Assembly: GCA_041498975.1 (NCBI GenBank)
Contig: JBGQJI010000002.1
Span: forward strand, 1-53,331
Direction of reading: 5' to 3'
DNA: 53,331 nt
DNA from: Candidatus Methylomirabilis sp.
GTDB taxonomy: Bacteria; Methylomirabilota; Methylomirabilia; Methylomirabilales; Methylomirabilaceae
Of this stretch, positions 1 through 9,637 are shown piece by piece. The notes beneath the pieces are model-generated. The model saw only the letters and a list, made by a program, of their open reading frames with translations, was not told the DNA's origin and did not search any database. Made by a program: the position numbers and the translations under genes. The number at the start of each line of letters is the position of its first letter. The stretch's first letter is position 1.

Positions 1-924
1 GACGGGGTCCGGTTGATGTCGATGGCAGAGTTGCTGGACTACGTCGAGGACAAGGCGGCGTTCGAAGACCTGCTCCGGGCGCTCGACGTTCCGGCATTTG
101 GGATCAAGAACCCGACGGCGGTGGGCAAACTCCGTCTCCGTCAGCCCCTCGCCCTTGGCGACCTCGAATTCCTCAGGGAGCACACGCGCAAACCGGTGAA
201 GGTGACGCTCCCCGGTCCCTACCTGTTGAGCCGCTCGATGTGGGTCAAGGCACTTTCGGAGGCATCCTATCCGACGCGGGAGGCTCTTGCGGAGGACGTG
301 GTGAGCATCCTGCGCGCCGAACTGCGCTCGCTGGCCGACGCCGGGGCCGACATCGTGCAGTTCGACGAGCCGGTGCTCACTGAGCTCGCGCTGGCAGGAA
401 AGTCGACGACGCGCACGTTCATGTGCGCAGCGCTTGCCGCAAGCGCGAGCCCGGAACGCGAACTGGACTTCGCAGTGGACCTTATCAACCGGGTGGTCGA
501 TGGCATCGAAGGGCCGATCATCGCCCTGCACGTCTGTCGAGGCAACTGGAGCCAGAAGGAGGAGATCCTTCTTCAAGGGTCCTATGATAGTCTGGTGCCC
601 TATTTCTGTCGGATGAAAGTTCGCCAGTTTGTGCTCGAGTTCGCCACGCCACGGGCCGGTTCGCCAGTCATCCTGCAAGATCTCCCACCGGAGGCGCAGG
701 TCGGGTTCGGGGCGGTCAACCCCAGGACATCTGTGGTGGAGTCACCGGACGAGATCGTCGCTCGCGTCGGCACCGTGGCAGAGCTGATCGGCCCAGACCG
801 CGTGTTTCTCAACCCCGACTGTGGATTCGGGACCTTCGCCGATCGGCCGGTGGGGACGCCCGAGGTCGCATTCCGAAAGCTCTGCGCGCTGTCCAAGGCG
901 GCTGAGCGTCTCCGCCATCCCTGA
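1..924 (+). CDS. Cobalamin-independent methionine synthase II family protein (5'-truncated by window)
   Basis: Motifs IVQFDEP, HVCRGN, LEFATPRAG, NPDCGF; frame is open to position 1. Confidence 0.88.
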   Translation, partial: DGVRLMSMAELLDYVEDKAAFEDLLRALDVPAFGIKNPTAVGKLRLRQPLALGDLEFLREHTRKPVKVTLPGPYLLSRSMWVKALSEASYPTREALAEDVVSILRAELRSLADAGADIVQFDEPVLTELALAGKSTTRTFMCAALAASASPERELDFAVDLINRVVDGIEGPIIALHVCRGNWSQKEEILLQGSYDSLVPYFCRMKVRQFVLEFATPRAGSPVILQDLPPEAQVGFGAVNPRTSVVESPDEIVARVGTVAELIGPDRVFLNPDCGFGTFADRPVGTPEVAFRKLCALSKAAERLRHP

Positions 925-1042
925 AAAGCGCCTCTTCCGCGCTCCGCACTCTGCTGAGGGCACATCGCGTATTGCGCCTCGGGACACCGCACGGCGCACC
1001 ACAGTCGCCGAATGGCGCTTTCCCCACCCCGCACACCCGGGT

Positions 1043-2383
1043 TTACAGCCTGATCTCGCCCCAGCGCAAACGGTGGAACCGTAGCAGCACCACCGCGCCC
1101 CTCACCCACCAATCGACCCACATCGTCAACCAGACCGCCACCAGGCCCAAGCCGAAATGCACGCCGAGGAAGTACGCAAGCGGGATCCTCACGAACCAGC
1201 CCCCGATGATGGCGGCATACAAGACAACCGCCGTCTCCCCAGCCCCTCGCAGGGCGCCGGAAAGGGCCAGGGCGAGCGCCAGGGGCGGCTGCAGGAACGC
1301 CATGATCCACATCAGGGTGCGGCCATAGGCGAGGACTTCACGGTCGCTGGTGAAGAGCGCTATCCACTGCGAGGGATAGAGGACATAGGTGAGACCCACG
1401 ACTGACATGGCTCCAACCGCCAGCCAGGCTGCCCAGACCCCGGTGCGGCGCGCCGCGCTTCCCTCCCCAGCCCCCAGACGCTGGCCGACGAGCGTGGTGG
1501 CTGCCTGGGCGAATCCGAGGCCGAGCAAAAACGAGAGGGCCTCGATGTTCAGCCCCACCTGATGCGCGGCATAGGCCGCCACACCGAAGGCGAGAACAAG
1601 CTTGGCATAGACGAGCTGCATCCCGTGAGTGACAAGGCGCTCGCCCATCGCCGGCGAGCCAATCGACACGACCAACCGCATCTCGTCAAGATCGCCCCAC
1701 GATCCACTGCATCCTAGCCACCCGCGGCGCCATGCCAGGAACAGGAGCGAAACGGCGCCGAAGGCCTCAGACACGACCGAGGCAATGGCTGCGCCCGGCA
1801 CGCCCATCCTGGGCGCGCCAGCCCATCCGAAGACCAGCAAGAGGGCGATCGCAACATGGATCAGGTTTACAAAGACGATGACCGAGAGCGGCGTGCGACT
1901 GTCGCCCACCCCGTAGAAGATGCTGGCGGCGATGTGCAGCATGACCTTGAAAATGAAAAAGGTCCAGGTGATGGCCAGGTATTGCAGGGCAAGAGCGAGG
2001 ACTGATCCCGATGCGCCAAGTAGCCGTGCCGTCGGCGGCGCCCCGGCGAGGCCGAGGAGGGTGAGGACAGAGGCAGCGGCGACGCCGAGGACCAGGGATG
2101 CCCGGATGGCGCGGGCCCGCCTGTCGGGATCGCCTGCGCCCGTATGGTAGGCCACTGCCACGGTGCAGCCGATCCCCAGCCCATAGACGAGACCCATCAG
2201 GAAGAGGATCAGGAGCTGCGAGAGGCCGACTGCTGCCAGCTCGGCTGCGCCCAGGCGGCCCACCATCAGCGCATCGACGATCCCCACGCCGCGCTGGAGC
2301 AGATTACTCCCCGCGATGGGCAGTGCCAGACGGACGAGAGCGGGAAGGAGAGGCTCGATCGACGAAGCGGGAGCAGGCCTCAC
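1043..2383 (-). CDS. MATE family efflux transporter
   Basis: About 12 hydrophobic segments; D-x-x-MVGRLG, GDSRTPL, GFAQAATTLVGQRLGAG. GTG start overlaps the ccdA stop (GTGA). Confidence 0.9.
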   Translation of the reverse strand: MRPAPASSIEPLLPALVRLALPIAGSNLLQRGVGIVDALMVGRLGAAELAAVGLSQLLILFLMGLVYGLGIGCTVAVAYHTGAGDPDRRARAIRASLVLGVAAASVLTLLGLAGAPPTARLLGASGSVLALALQYLAITWTFFIFKVMLHIAASIFYGVGDSRTPLSVIVFVNLIHVAIALLLVFGWAGAPRMGVPGAAIASVVSEAFGAVSLLFLAWRRGWLGCSGSWGDLDEMRLVVSIGSPAMGERLVTHGMQLVYAKLVLAFGVAAYAAHQVGLNIEALSFLLGLGFAQAATTLVGQRLGAGEGSAARRTGVWAAWLAVGAMSVVGLTYVLYPSQWIALFTSDREVLAYGRTLMWIMAFLQPPLALALALSGALRGAGETAVVLYAAIIGGWFVRIPLAYFLGVHFGLGLVAVWLTMWVDWWVRGAVVLLRFHRLRWGEIRL

Positions 2384-3129
2384 AGCCTCTGCCAGAGCCA
2401 CTGAGGCGTCAGGCGGAGCGCGTAGGCGGAGAGGAGGGTGAAGTAGTTGGTCAGCAGGAGCGTGCCGACGAATACCAGGAAGATCCCTCCGGCCATGCTG
2501 ACAACCGGCATCACCCGCTTGAACCGGTCAAAGAAGTCGAGGAACCGATTCAAGGCCAAGGCGCTGAGGAAGAACGGGATGGCAAGGCCAAGCGAGTAGG
2601 CGCCGAGCATCAGGATCCCGGTGTAAGCGGTTTTGGCCGTACTGGCATACAGCAGGATAGAGCCCAGGATCGGGCCGACGCACGGGGTCCAGCCGGCCGC
2701 AAAGGTCACCCCTACGATGAAGGCGCCGATGTATCCGGCCGGCCGATCCGTCAGGTCGACGCGGACGTTCCGCATCAGAAACGGAAGCTTGAGGAGTCCT
2801 GCGATGTACAGGCCGAACAGGATGATCAGTACGCCACCGACCTTTCTGAGGATCTGCTGGTAGTCAAAGAGCAGCCTCCCGAGCAGGCTGAAGGAGGCGC
2901 CCAGGGACATGAAGACGACCGTGAAACCGAGGATGAAACAGAGTGAGTTCAGGATGATCGCCCGCCGCGCTCTGGCCTTGGCCACCGAGCCAGACAGCTC
3001 GCCCAAAGACAGACCGGTCACGAAGGAGAGGTAGGAAGGAAAGATCGGGAGCACACAGGGCGAGAGGAAAGAGAGGATCCCTGCCCCCATGGCCACCCAG
3101 ATGGACAACGATTCACTGGCCCCTGGCAT
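2380..3129 (-). CDS. ccdA: Cytochrome c biogenesis protein CcdA (DsbD transmembrane domain)
   Basis: SFLSPCVLP and GWTPCVGPIL motifs with the two membrane cysteines. Confidence 0.92.
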   Translation of the reverse strand: MPGASESLSIWVAMGAGILSFLSPCVLPIFPSYLSFVTGLSLGELSGSVAKARARRAIILNSLCFILGFTVVFMSLGASFSLLGRLLFDYQQILRKVGGVLIILFGLYIAGLLKLPFLMRNVRVDLTDRPAGYIGAFIVGVTFAAGWTPCVGPILGSILLYASTAKTAYTGILMLGAYSLGLAIPFFLSALALNRFLDFFDRFKRVMPVVSMAGGIFLVFVGTLLLTNYFTLLSAYALRLTPQWLWQRL

Positions 3130-3318
3130 TTCGGTCTTGCGTCTTCAGCCTTTACGTGAAACGAGGCACACGCTCCGGACCCGGTTCACGGTGAACGGTT
3201 CACACCCCACCAAGAAGCTCACAGTTGACAGTTCACGGATGACTTACAGAAACGATGGCACCTTCTATGGGCCGATGGACTTAAAGTAATTTTTGAACTA
3301 TGAACTTTAACCAGTGAA

Positions 3319-4671
3319 CTAATCCTCTGGTAACGCCACCTTGGCTTGATCGCCCACAACAACCAGGACGTATCTGTCCGGCTTGAGATACTCGCGCGCC
3401 ACCCGCAGGACATCCTCCTTGGTGATAGCCCCGATCAAAACCGGGTAGCGGTCGGCGTAATCCAGGCCGAGCTTGTAGTACTCGACGGTCGAGATCAACC
3501 CGGCCAGCTTCGAGTTGGTATCAAGCCGGAGGGGAAAGCTCCCGGTGAGGTAGGCCTTGGCGTCCGCAAGCTCCTGGTCGGTCACTCCGTTCTCACGGAT
3601 CCGCCTGATCTCTCGAAGCACTTCCGCAACCGCTTGGCCGGCCGTGTCGTTCTTCGTCTGCAATCCCACCTGGAACGTCCCCCGCTCCAGACCGGGGTAG
3701 AAATACGAATGCACGTCGTAGGCCCACCCCTTTTCCTCACGGATTCGCTCCACCAGGCGCGACGAGAAGCCGCCCCCGCCCAGGATATAGTTCATCACCG
3801 AAATGGCGTAGAAATCGGGGTTATCCCGACGGATCCCTTGATGGCCGAGGATGATGCTAGCCTGGGTCACGCTTCGATCGATCTTCTTGACGACGATCTT
3901 CTCCTGCATTGGCTTCGGCTCCGCCGCCATCTTCGCTGGCCCTATGCTCTTGGGCCAGGAGCCAAGGAGGGTGCGGAGCCGCTCTGTGAACTCCTCTCGT
4001 TCGATGTCGCCGACCACGGTGACAAATGCCCGTTCCGGAGTATAATGCTCGCGGTAGAACCGCACGATGTCATCCCTGGTGATCGCAGCGAGGGAGGCAT
4101 CGGTTCCCTCCAGCAGTCGGCCGTACGGGTGGCTGCCGAAGACCAACTCGTTGAACGCCTCGCTGGCCACTTCACCCGGATCCTCTTGACGTTTACGGAG
4201 CGCTGCCTTGAGCTGCTTTACCTTCCTGGCGATCTCAGCCTCTGCGAATGCCGGGTGCAGCAGGACATCCGTCAGCAACTCCAGTCCTTTCGGCAAATCC
4301 TTCTTCAGGAGGGTCAGGTCCACCTCACTGGAGTCCCGCTCCGCCGTGGACGAGAGGGAGGCGCCGATGAAGTCTACCGCCTCGTCGATCTGGGCTGCCG
4401 TGCGCGTCGTCGTGCCTCTCGTGAGCAGCGAAGCGGTCAGGTACGCCAACCCGGCGCGATCTTCGGGCTCCCAGAGAGGGCCAGCCTGCACGGTCACCTT
4501 GATAGTGACGATCGGGAGTGCATGCCTGCTCGCGATCAGCAAGGTCAGCCCATTCCCCAAAACCTCCCGTTCCGCCAATAGCGCTGCAGCCACGAACACG
4601 GGCAGCAGGAGCAGGACGAAAACCAGGGCGCCAACCCTTCGTAGTGGAGCTACCATACGTGACGTCGTCAT
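3319..4671 (-). CDS. M16 peptidase, non-catalytic partner subunit
   Basis: No HxxEH (GLAYLTASLL instead); ILGGGGFSSRL..IREEKGWAY motif; signal peptide. Start moved to ATG 4671. Confidence 0.85.
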   Translation of the reverse strand: MTTSRMVAPLRRVGALVFVLLLLPVFVAAALLAEREVLGNGLTLLIASRHALPIVTIKVTVQAGPLWEPEDRAGLAYLTASLLTRGTTTRTAAQIDEAVDFIGASLSSTAERDSSEVDLTLLKKDLPKGLELLTDVLLHPAFAEAEIARKVKQLKAALRKRQEDPGEVASEAFNELVFGSHPYGRLLEGTDASLAAITRDDIVRFYREHYTPERAFVTVVGDIEREEFTERLRTLLGSWPKSIGPAKMAAEPKPMQEKIVVKKIDRSVTQASIILGHQGIRRDNPDFYAISVMNYILGGGGFSSRLVERIREEKGWAYDVHSYFYPGLERGTFQVGLQTKNDTAGQAVAEVLREIRRIRENGVTDQELADAKAYLTGSFPLRLDTNSKLAGLISTVEYYKLGLDYADRYPVLIGAITKEDVLRVAREYLKPDRYVLVVVGDQAKVALPED

Positions 4672-4685
4672 CTCTCTAATCTCTG

Positions 4686-6020
4686 TCACTGTTTTTCGGC
4701 TTTCGTCGGGATCAGCACCGCCACGGTCCGGTTGTCCGCAGTCAGGTAGGCCCTCGCGACTCGCTGCAGATCCTCTGCCTTGACGGCTCGGATGCCGGGC
4801 AGATAGTCCTCCCAAGTGCGCCAGCCCGCCACGATCTCATATTCGGCCAGTTGTCTGGCCAGGTTGAATACCGAATCCTGCCCCAACAGGAAGCCGGCCT
4901 CGACCTGATTCTTCGCCTTCTCCAGCTCCTGGTCAGGGATGGGCTCGTTCTTCACACGCTCGATCTCGGCCGCAAGTACCCGTTCAACCTCTTCAGCCGT
5001 CTTCCCCGGCATCACGCTGGCGTAGAGCGGAAAGAGGTTCGGATCGATGCTTTCCCGCTCGTACCCACCCCCGGCGTACAGGGCAAGCTGCTTCTCGTAG
5101 ACCACGCTCTTGTAGATCCTGGCGCTCCTGCCGCCGGCCAGGATGTAGGCCAACAGCTCGAGGGCAAAGTTATCCGGGTGTTTCAGGTCCGGGACGTGAT
5201 GGCCCATGAACACAAAGGGGAGTTCCGCCTCCTTCTTCAGGACGAGTCTCCGCTCTCCACGTTGCGCCGGCTCCACGGCGCGGACCCCGGGCGGTTCCTG
5301 ACCACGGGAGATCGTCCCGAAGAGACGCCGGATCTTCGGGAGCAACACATCGCCCTGGAAATCGCCTACCACGATCAGCACGGCGTTATTCGGAACATAG
5401 TAGGCGTTATAATGGCGGACCAAGTCTTCCCGCGTCAGCGCCTCGATGTCGGACATCCAGCCGATCACCGGCTGGCGGTATGGGTGCTCCAGAAAGGCCA
5501 CCGTTTCCATCGCCTCTCTGAGCGCGGAAACGGGATCATCGTCCGTCCGCAGCCGCCGCTCCTCCATGACCACCTTCTTCTCGGACTCCACCTCCTTCGG
5601 ATCGAGCAGCAGTCCTCGCATCCGGTCCGCTTCGAGTTCCAGGGCCAGCTCGAATCGGTCCGAGGCAAAGGTCTCGAAGTAACCGGTGTAATCATCGCTG
5701 GTGAAAGCGTTGTCGCGGCCGCCGTTCTTCTGGACGGTCTTCGAAAACTGTCCCGGGCCTACCTTCGACGTCCCCTTGAACATCATGTGCTCAAGGAAGT
5801 GGGACAGGCCCGTAGCCCCGGGGTGCTCGTTCCGCGAGCCGACCCGATACCAGACGTGCACCGTGACAACGGGCGCCTTGTGCTCTTCGAGCAGCAGAAC
5901 CTTCAGGCCATTCTCGAGCACCGATTCCTTAACTCTCGCCGTGACCTGGGCCTCTGGGACGCCTTGCGCCAGCAGGATAAAGAGCGTCGTCCAGGCGGCC
6001 ACGATCGCCCGCCTTCCCAT
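4686..6020 (-). CDS. M16 zinc peptidase, catalytic subunit
   Basis: GLSHFLEHMMFKGT (HxxEH), NAFT, VVMEERR; SD GGAGGTGA upstream of ATG 6020; signal peptide. Confidence 0.92.
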   Translation of the reverse strand: MGRRAIVAAWTTLFILLAQGVPEAQVTARVKESVLENGLKVLLLEEHKAPVVTVHVWYRVGSRNEHPGATGLSHFLEHMMFKGTSKVGPGQFSKTVQKNGGRDNAFTSDDYTGYFETFASDRFELALELEADRMRGLLLDPKEVESEKKVVMEERRLRTDDDPVSALREAMETVAFLEHPYRQPVIGWMSDIEALTREDLVRHYNAYYVPNNAVLIVVGDFQGDVLLPKIRRLFGTISRGQEPPGVRAVEPAQRGERRLVLKKEAELPFVFMGHHVPDLKHPDNFALELLAYILAGGRSARIYKSVVYEKQLALYAGGGYERESIDPNLFPLYASVMPGKTAEEVERVLAAEIERVKNEPIPDQELEKAKNQVEAGFLLGQDSVFNLARQLAEYEIVAGWRTWEDYLPGIRAVKAEDLQRVARAYLTADNRTVAVLIPTKAEKQ

Positions 6021-6057
6021 ATCCCTCACCTCCTGTCTCATCGTCGCTCCCACCATC

Positions 6058-6531
6058 TCACTGACTCGCTGACGAGTATCTGACCCGCACCGGCTGGCCC
6101 ACGCGGATCCCCATCTCACGGGCGTAGCCTGCCGGCACCTCCAGGACCAGATCCGCGACATGGCTGTAGACCGCAAGCGGCTTTCCCGGAAACGGGGGTG
6201 GGATTTTCGCCTCGATGGCCACGATCTTTCCGTCCCGGATCCAGAGTATGTCAAGAGGGATCAGCATCCCCATCATCCAGAAGGCTCGCGGTCCGGGCCC
6301 GTCATAAGGGAATACCATCCCCGTCCCCTTCTTGAGGGCCGATCGGCCTCCCAGCCCTTTGGCCTGCTCCTCGATGCTCCGCGCCACCTCCGCGTCGATC
6401 CTGACCCGGCCGTCGATGACCACCTTACCCTTTTGAACGGCCGAGGCAGGCAGAATCGGAAGGCCGAATTGCAACACGGCCAGGGCCGTGAGCAGGAACC
6501 CCCCAAGCGCTTGGCTCCGAACCGCCCTCAT
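6058..6531 (-). CDS. DUF192 family exported protein
   Basis: AEVA...GL...GMVF, FWM...PLDILWI, VLEVPAG...GIRVG pattern. Confidence 0.85.
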   Translation of the reverse strand: MRAVRSQALGGFLLTALAVLQFGLPILPASAVQKGKVVIDGRVRIDAEVARSIEEQAKGLGGRSALKKGTGMVFPYDGPGPRAFWMMGMLIPLDILWIRDGKIVAIEAKIPPPFPGKPLAVYSHVADLVLEVPAGYAREMGIRVGQPVRVRYSSASQ

Positions 6532-7655
6532 GCCTCGGGGAGCTCTCCCAAGCGAACCGACACTACCCTCGACCGGCCGTCGCGGAGGAGGTCCATCTTC
6601 ACTTCGTCCCCCACCTTGCGCTCCGAATCCAGGAAAGCCGTCATCTCGTCCACAGACGTCACCTTCCGGCCATCGACCGCAACGATGATATCTCCGCCCA
6701 CACTGACGAGCGTATTACCGACCCGGGCCCTTTTCACGCTGCCCTTGATGCCCGCACGGGCGGCCGGTCCCCGAGGAGACACAGAGACGACGAGGATCCC
6801 CTCCGTCGCATGCAGCTTGAGTGTCTTGGCCACCTCGGGCGTGATGTCCAGGCCGGAGATACCCAGCCAGGGGTGGCTTACCCGCCCCTTGGCGATCAAC
6901 TGAGGAAGCAGACGTTTCGCGGTGTTAATCGGAATGGCAAAGCCGATCCCCACCGACCCGCCGCTGGGCGTATAGATGGCGCTGTTGATCCCGATCACCT
7001 CGCCGCGCGAGTTCAGCAGTGGACCTCCGGAGTTTCCTGGGTTGATCGGCGCGTCGGTCTGGACAATCCCTCGAATCTGGCGTCCGCTCTCGGAGCGAAG
7101 CGTCCTCCCGACAGAGCTGACGACCCCGCGCGTCACTGTCCGATCCAACCCGAACGGGTTCCCGATCGCAATCGCCATCTGGCCGACCTGCAAGGCATCG
7201 CTATTTCCGAGCTTGAGGGGGAAGAGCTTCTCCTTTGGAACATCGATCTTGATCACCGCCAAGTCGTTGCTGGGGTCGCGGCCCACCAGCTTCGCCGACG
7301 CCTTGCTCTTGTCGGTCAGCGTCACCTCCAGGCTATCAGCATCTTCCACGACATGGTTGTTGGTGAGGATATACCCGCGGTCATCCACGACGAAGCCCGA
7401 TCCAGTCCCGTGCTGCGGCACCGGGTTAAAGAAAAAGTCGTAGGCGATGGCGGTGCTGGTGATGTGGACGACGCCTGGGCTGGCCCGCTTGTAGACCGAG
7501 ACAACGATCTGTTCCTCGGGGCTGAGCCCCTGGGGCTCTTGCTGGGATTTTTCTGCCTGGGCGACCACCCCGACTCCGAGCAGCTCTAGGGCCATGAGAG
7601 CGGCGAGAAGCGCGCGCCGGATGCGCAGTCGGAAGAGAACGGACATTCTTGTCAC
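6528..7655 (-). CDS. HtrA/DegP-like serine protease, one PDZ domain
   Basis: GSGF, TNNHV, DLAV, GNPFG, INPGNSGGPL triad motifs; C-terminal PDZ. Confidence 0.93.
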   Translation of the reverse strand: MTRMSVLFRLRIRRALLAALMALELLGVGVVAQAEKSQQEPQGLSPEEQIVVSVYKRASPGVVHITSTAIAYDFFFNPVPQHGTGSGFVVDDRGYILTNNHVVEDADSLEVTLTDKSKASAKLVGRDPSNDLAVIKIDVPKEKLFPLKLGNSDALQVGQMAIAIGNPFGLDRTVTRGVVSSVGRTLRSESGRQIRGIVQTDAPINPGNSGGPLLNSRGEVIGINSAIYTPSGGSVGIGFAIPINTAKRLLPQLIAKGRVSHPWLGISGLDITPEVAKTLKLHATEGILVVSVSPRGPAARAGIKGSVKRARVGNTLVSVGGDIIVAVDGRKVTSVDEMTAFLDSERKVGDEVKMDLLRDGRSRVVSVRLGELPEA

Positions 7656-7676
7656 CCCTGGTGAATGGTCAACGAC

Positions 7677-7706
7677 AAAAAAGAAAAGTGGACCCTCGGT
7701 CCACTT
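7677..7706 (-). terminator. Intrinsic terminator-like hairpin
   Basis: AAGTGGACC-3 nt loop-GGTCCACTT followed by TTCTTTTTT on the minus strand. Confidence 0.65.
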
Positions 7707-7711
7707 CGGAT

Positions 7712-7740
7712 ACTGTACTCGACGAATCCAGGCTTGTCAA
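7712..7740 (-). promoter_or_regulatory. Sigma70-like promoter upstream of htrA
   Basis: TTGACA-17 bp-TACAGT. Confidence 0.6.
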
Positions 7741-7822
7741 CGCCGAAGGCAGGCGCTTTGCCGCCCTGACCACAGTGACCTCGCTGGCAGTCGAGAGTCG
7801 AAGGTTGGAGAGGGCAGAGTTT

Positions 7823-7930
7823 CTACTTCTTCCCGACGTACTTCTCGGGCGCCCGCTCAAAGGCCCGTTTGCACTTCTGCGCGCAGAAATAGTAGATGAT
7901 CCCCTAAAAGACTGCGGTGGCCGCGGCCCA
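7823..7930 (-). pseudogene. Degenerate duplicate of the 3' part of the YHS gene
   Basis: Translates AAATAVF*GIIYYFCAQKCKRAFERAPEKYVGKK*, versus intact AAATAVYQGTTYYFCAQMCKRAFEQAPEKYVGKK at 10179-10328. Internal TAG at 7904-7906; no 5' half. Confidence 0.9.
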
Positions 7931-7957
7931 CACCTTCAGGCCCGTGTTAGGCAACAG
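7931..7957 (-). other. Truncated attC (inverse core only) of cassette 3
   Basis: TGTTGCCTAAC contains the ORF stop TAA and is complementary to the cassette start (A)TTGGGCAACA. Confidence 0.7.
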
Positions 7958-8453
7958 GGTTCAAAGAGCCGGGATCTTCAGGTGGAGCTGGACAGACCTC
8001 AACGAACACTGAGTCGGTACATGTTGCTTGGTCAGCGACCCCTAGGTGGACGCGGTCCTTGTAGCGAAGGGCGAACTCGCTCGGTGACTGGACGAACTGG
8101 AGGAGAATGCCGTAGTGCGAGGCAACTTTCTCTGCTCCTCGCTGGAAGCCCTTGGTCGTGGCGAGCGCACCGCGCACCGTCAGCGAAGGATTCGCCGCCT
8201 GAATGTCGTGAATTCTCCCAAGGAGCGTAAGCACAGACTCACCAGTAACGCGACGCTTCCAGCACTTGCACTCGATTACATGAAGCTCCGTACGAGCCTG
8301 GATGGAGACATCAATCTGGTGGGCATACCCTGATGCACCCGTGATCCGATTGATCTTCCTAGAGCGGATGTGCTCGGGTGGGAGGCCGTCCACTGATCTA
8401 ACAAGGGCGGCAACCAGATCCGATACCGTCTTCTCATACTCCGCTGAGTTCAT
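7947..8453 (-). CDS. Mrr-like PD-(D/E)XK restriction endonuclease (gene cassette)
   Basis: YE...HQIDV...VIECK...TTKGFQRGA pattern; stop codon lies inside GCCTAAC. Confidence 0.8.
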   Translation of the reverse strand: MNSAEYEKTVSDLVAALVRSVDGLPPEHIRSRKINRITGASGYAHQIDVSIQARTELHVIECKCWKRRVTGESVLTLLGRIHDIQAANPSLTVRGALATTKGFQRGAEKVASHYGILLQFVQSPSEFALRYKDRVHLGVADQATCTDSVFVEVCPAPPEDPGSLNPVA

Positions 8454-8466
8454 GAGGTTGGGTGTT

Positions 8467-8533
8467 GCCCAATGTCATGCCGCTCACGGGCGCGAACGGA
8501 GTGAGCGTCCCTTGCAGCGGCCGGTCGGTTCAC
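8467..8533 (-). other. Degenerate attC site of cassette 2
   Basis: GTGAACCGAC...GCCGCT gcaa GGGaCGC tcactccgttc GCGCCC gtg AGCGGC...ATTGGGC: imperfect hairpin with both core sites mutated. Confidence 0.75.
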
Positions 8534-8554
8534 TTTCATATCAACGTGGGCCCC

Positions 8555-9140
8555 TTAAAATGCAACCTCCAGAATCGGTCGTATTCGATCCCAAATCTCG
8601 GCGAGCCCAGCTGCACCTCCAACAAGCGTAGCGATTTCCTGGAGTAACGGCCTAATAGCGGCGACACGACGACGCTCCTTCGGCGCGGTTGCCTCACTCG
8701 CCAGTACGCTAAGGATGTCTACAAGCTTCGCTTTTGTGTCAGCGATCAGTGCGCTGCTATTTAGTACGGCTTGAGACAACTCCAGGATTGCGGTCGCTAG
8801 CGGAGGGTCCCCTGAGTGCCTCAGAACAGTCACTGCTGAATCCCCCGTCTCGATTGACCCGGTATTGACGACCCCGATCGTACTCCGGTCGATCTTGATA
8901 TTGTTCAACGTCACCCCTCCCATAGTCGCGGTCTTGCGCTCTGGGAGTCTCGGACCAAGCCCAGGCAGCCCGACAATCATGCCCATGTAGTCGGTCAGGT
9001 AGTTCATCTGGCGCTCAAGCATATCGTTCTGCATGGTGATCAACTGGACGTGCTTAAGATTGCAGTCAAGACAGAGCGGCACCTGAGCATTCTAGGGATC
9101 CACTAGATACAAGGCTGGTGGAGCATTGGCGGCACTTCAT
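8555..9140 (-). pseudogene. Cassette gene, hypothetical protein with N-terminal CxxC...CxxC, disrupted
   Basis: MKCRQCS / frameshift / PALYLVDP*NAQVPLCLDC...; TAG at 9092-9094; remainder open 9082-8555. Confidence 0.7.
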
Positions 9141-9155
9141 GTCATGACCTAGCGA

Positions 9156-9293
9156 ACCTAACGACTCGGTCGCTGAGCTGAGGGAGCTGTGCTCCACATT
9201 CACAAAAATTGTTTCCTCAGCTCGGCACCGGGACACCCCAGCACACCAGACCTTGCACCGCGAGCGCCCGCCACTTCCAGCAATGCGTTAGGC
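9156..9293 (-). other. attC site of cassette 1 (138 bp)
   Basis: Inverse core GCCTAAC (9287-9293), core GTTAGGT (9156-9162), internal GAGCTGAGG/CCTCAGCTC inverted repeat. Confidence 0.8.
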
Positions 9294-9637
9294 CCGGGAT
9301 CCCCCCAATTCCAACACGAGTAAGGCCTCATCGGGCGCCGCCAGGAAGCCATGAATAGCGCCAGCCCGCTCCTCCAGCAAGCGGCCAATGCGGCGGTGCC
9401 CGCATTACCGACGGCAAGCCATATCACCTTGGGCGGCGGACCGTGGAGAAACGCGAGCTGGCGGAAGTCGTTGTCCTTGGACACGATAGTGAGACCGCGG
9501 TCGCGCGCGAACTCCCAAATGGCGTGATCGGTCTGGCCTCGGAACCCGGCAAGGTCGACGTGTTGGATCCCCGGGAAGATGGGGTGGAGGCGATCAACGA
9601 GCTTTGGGCTCAGGTTCGCATCCAACAGCAGGCTCAC
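9288..9637 (-). pseudogene. DUF5615 (PIN-like, VapC45-type) toxin, frameshifted
   Basis: LLLDANLS, TDHAIWEFA, IVSKDNDF, GPPPKVIWL. A 1-nt loss near 9381 is indicated: the alternate frame LLEERAGAIHGFLAAPDEALLVLELGGSRA* ends in the attC inverse core. Confidence 0.8.

Noticed and set aside
9200..9637. 145-aa intact toxin as listed in the ORF track
   Set aside because: Its tail runs through the attC site; the alternate frame gives a family-like ending at 9288
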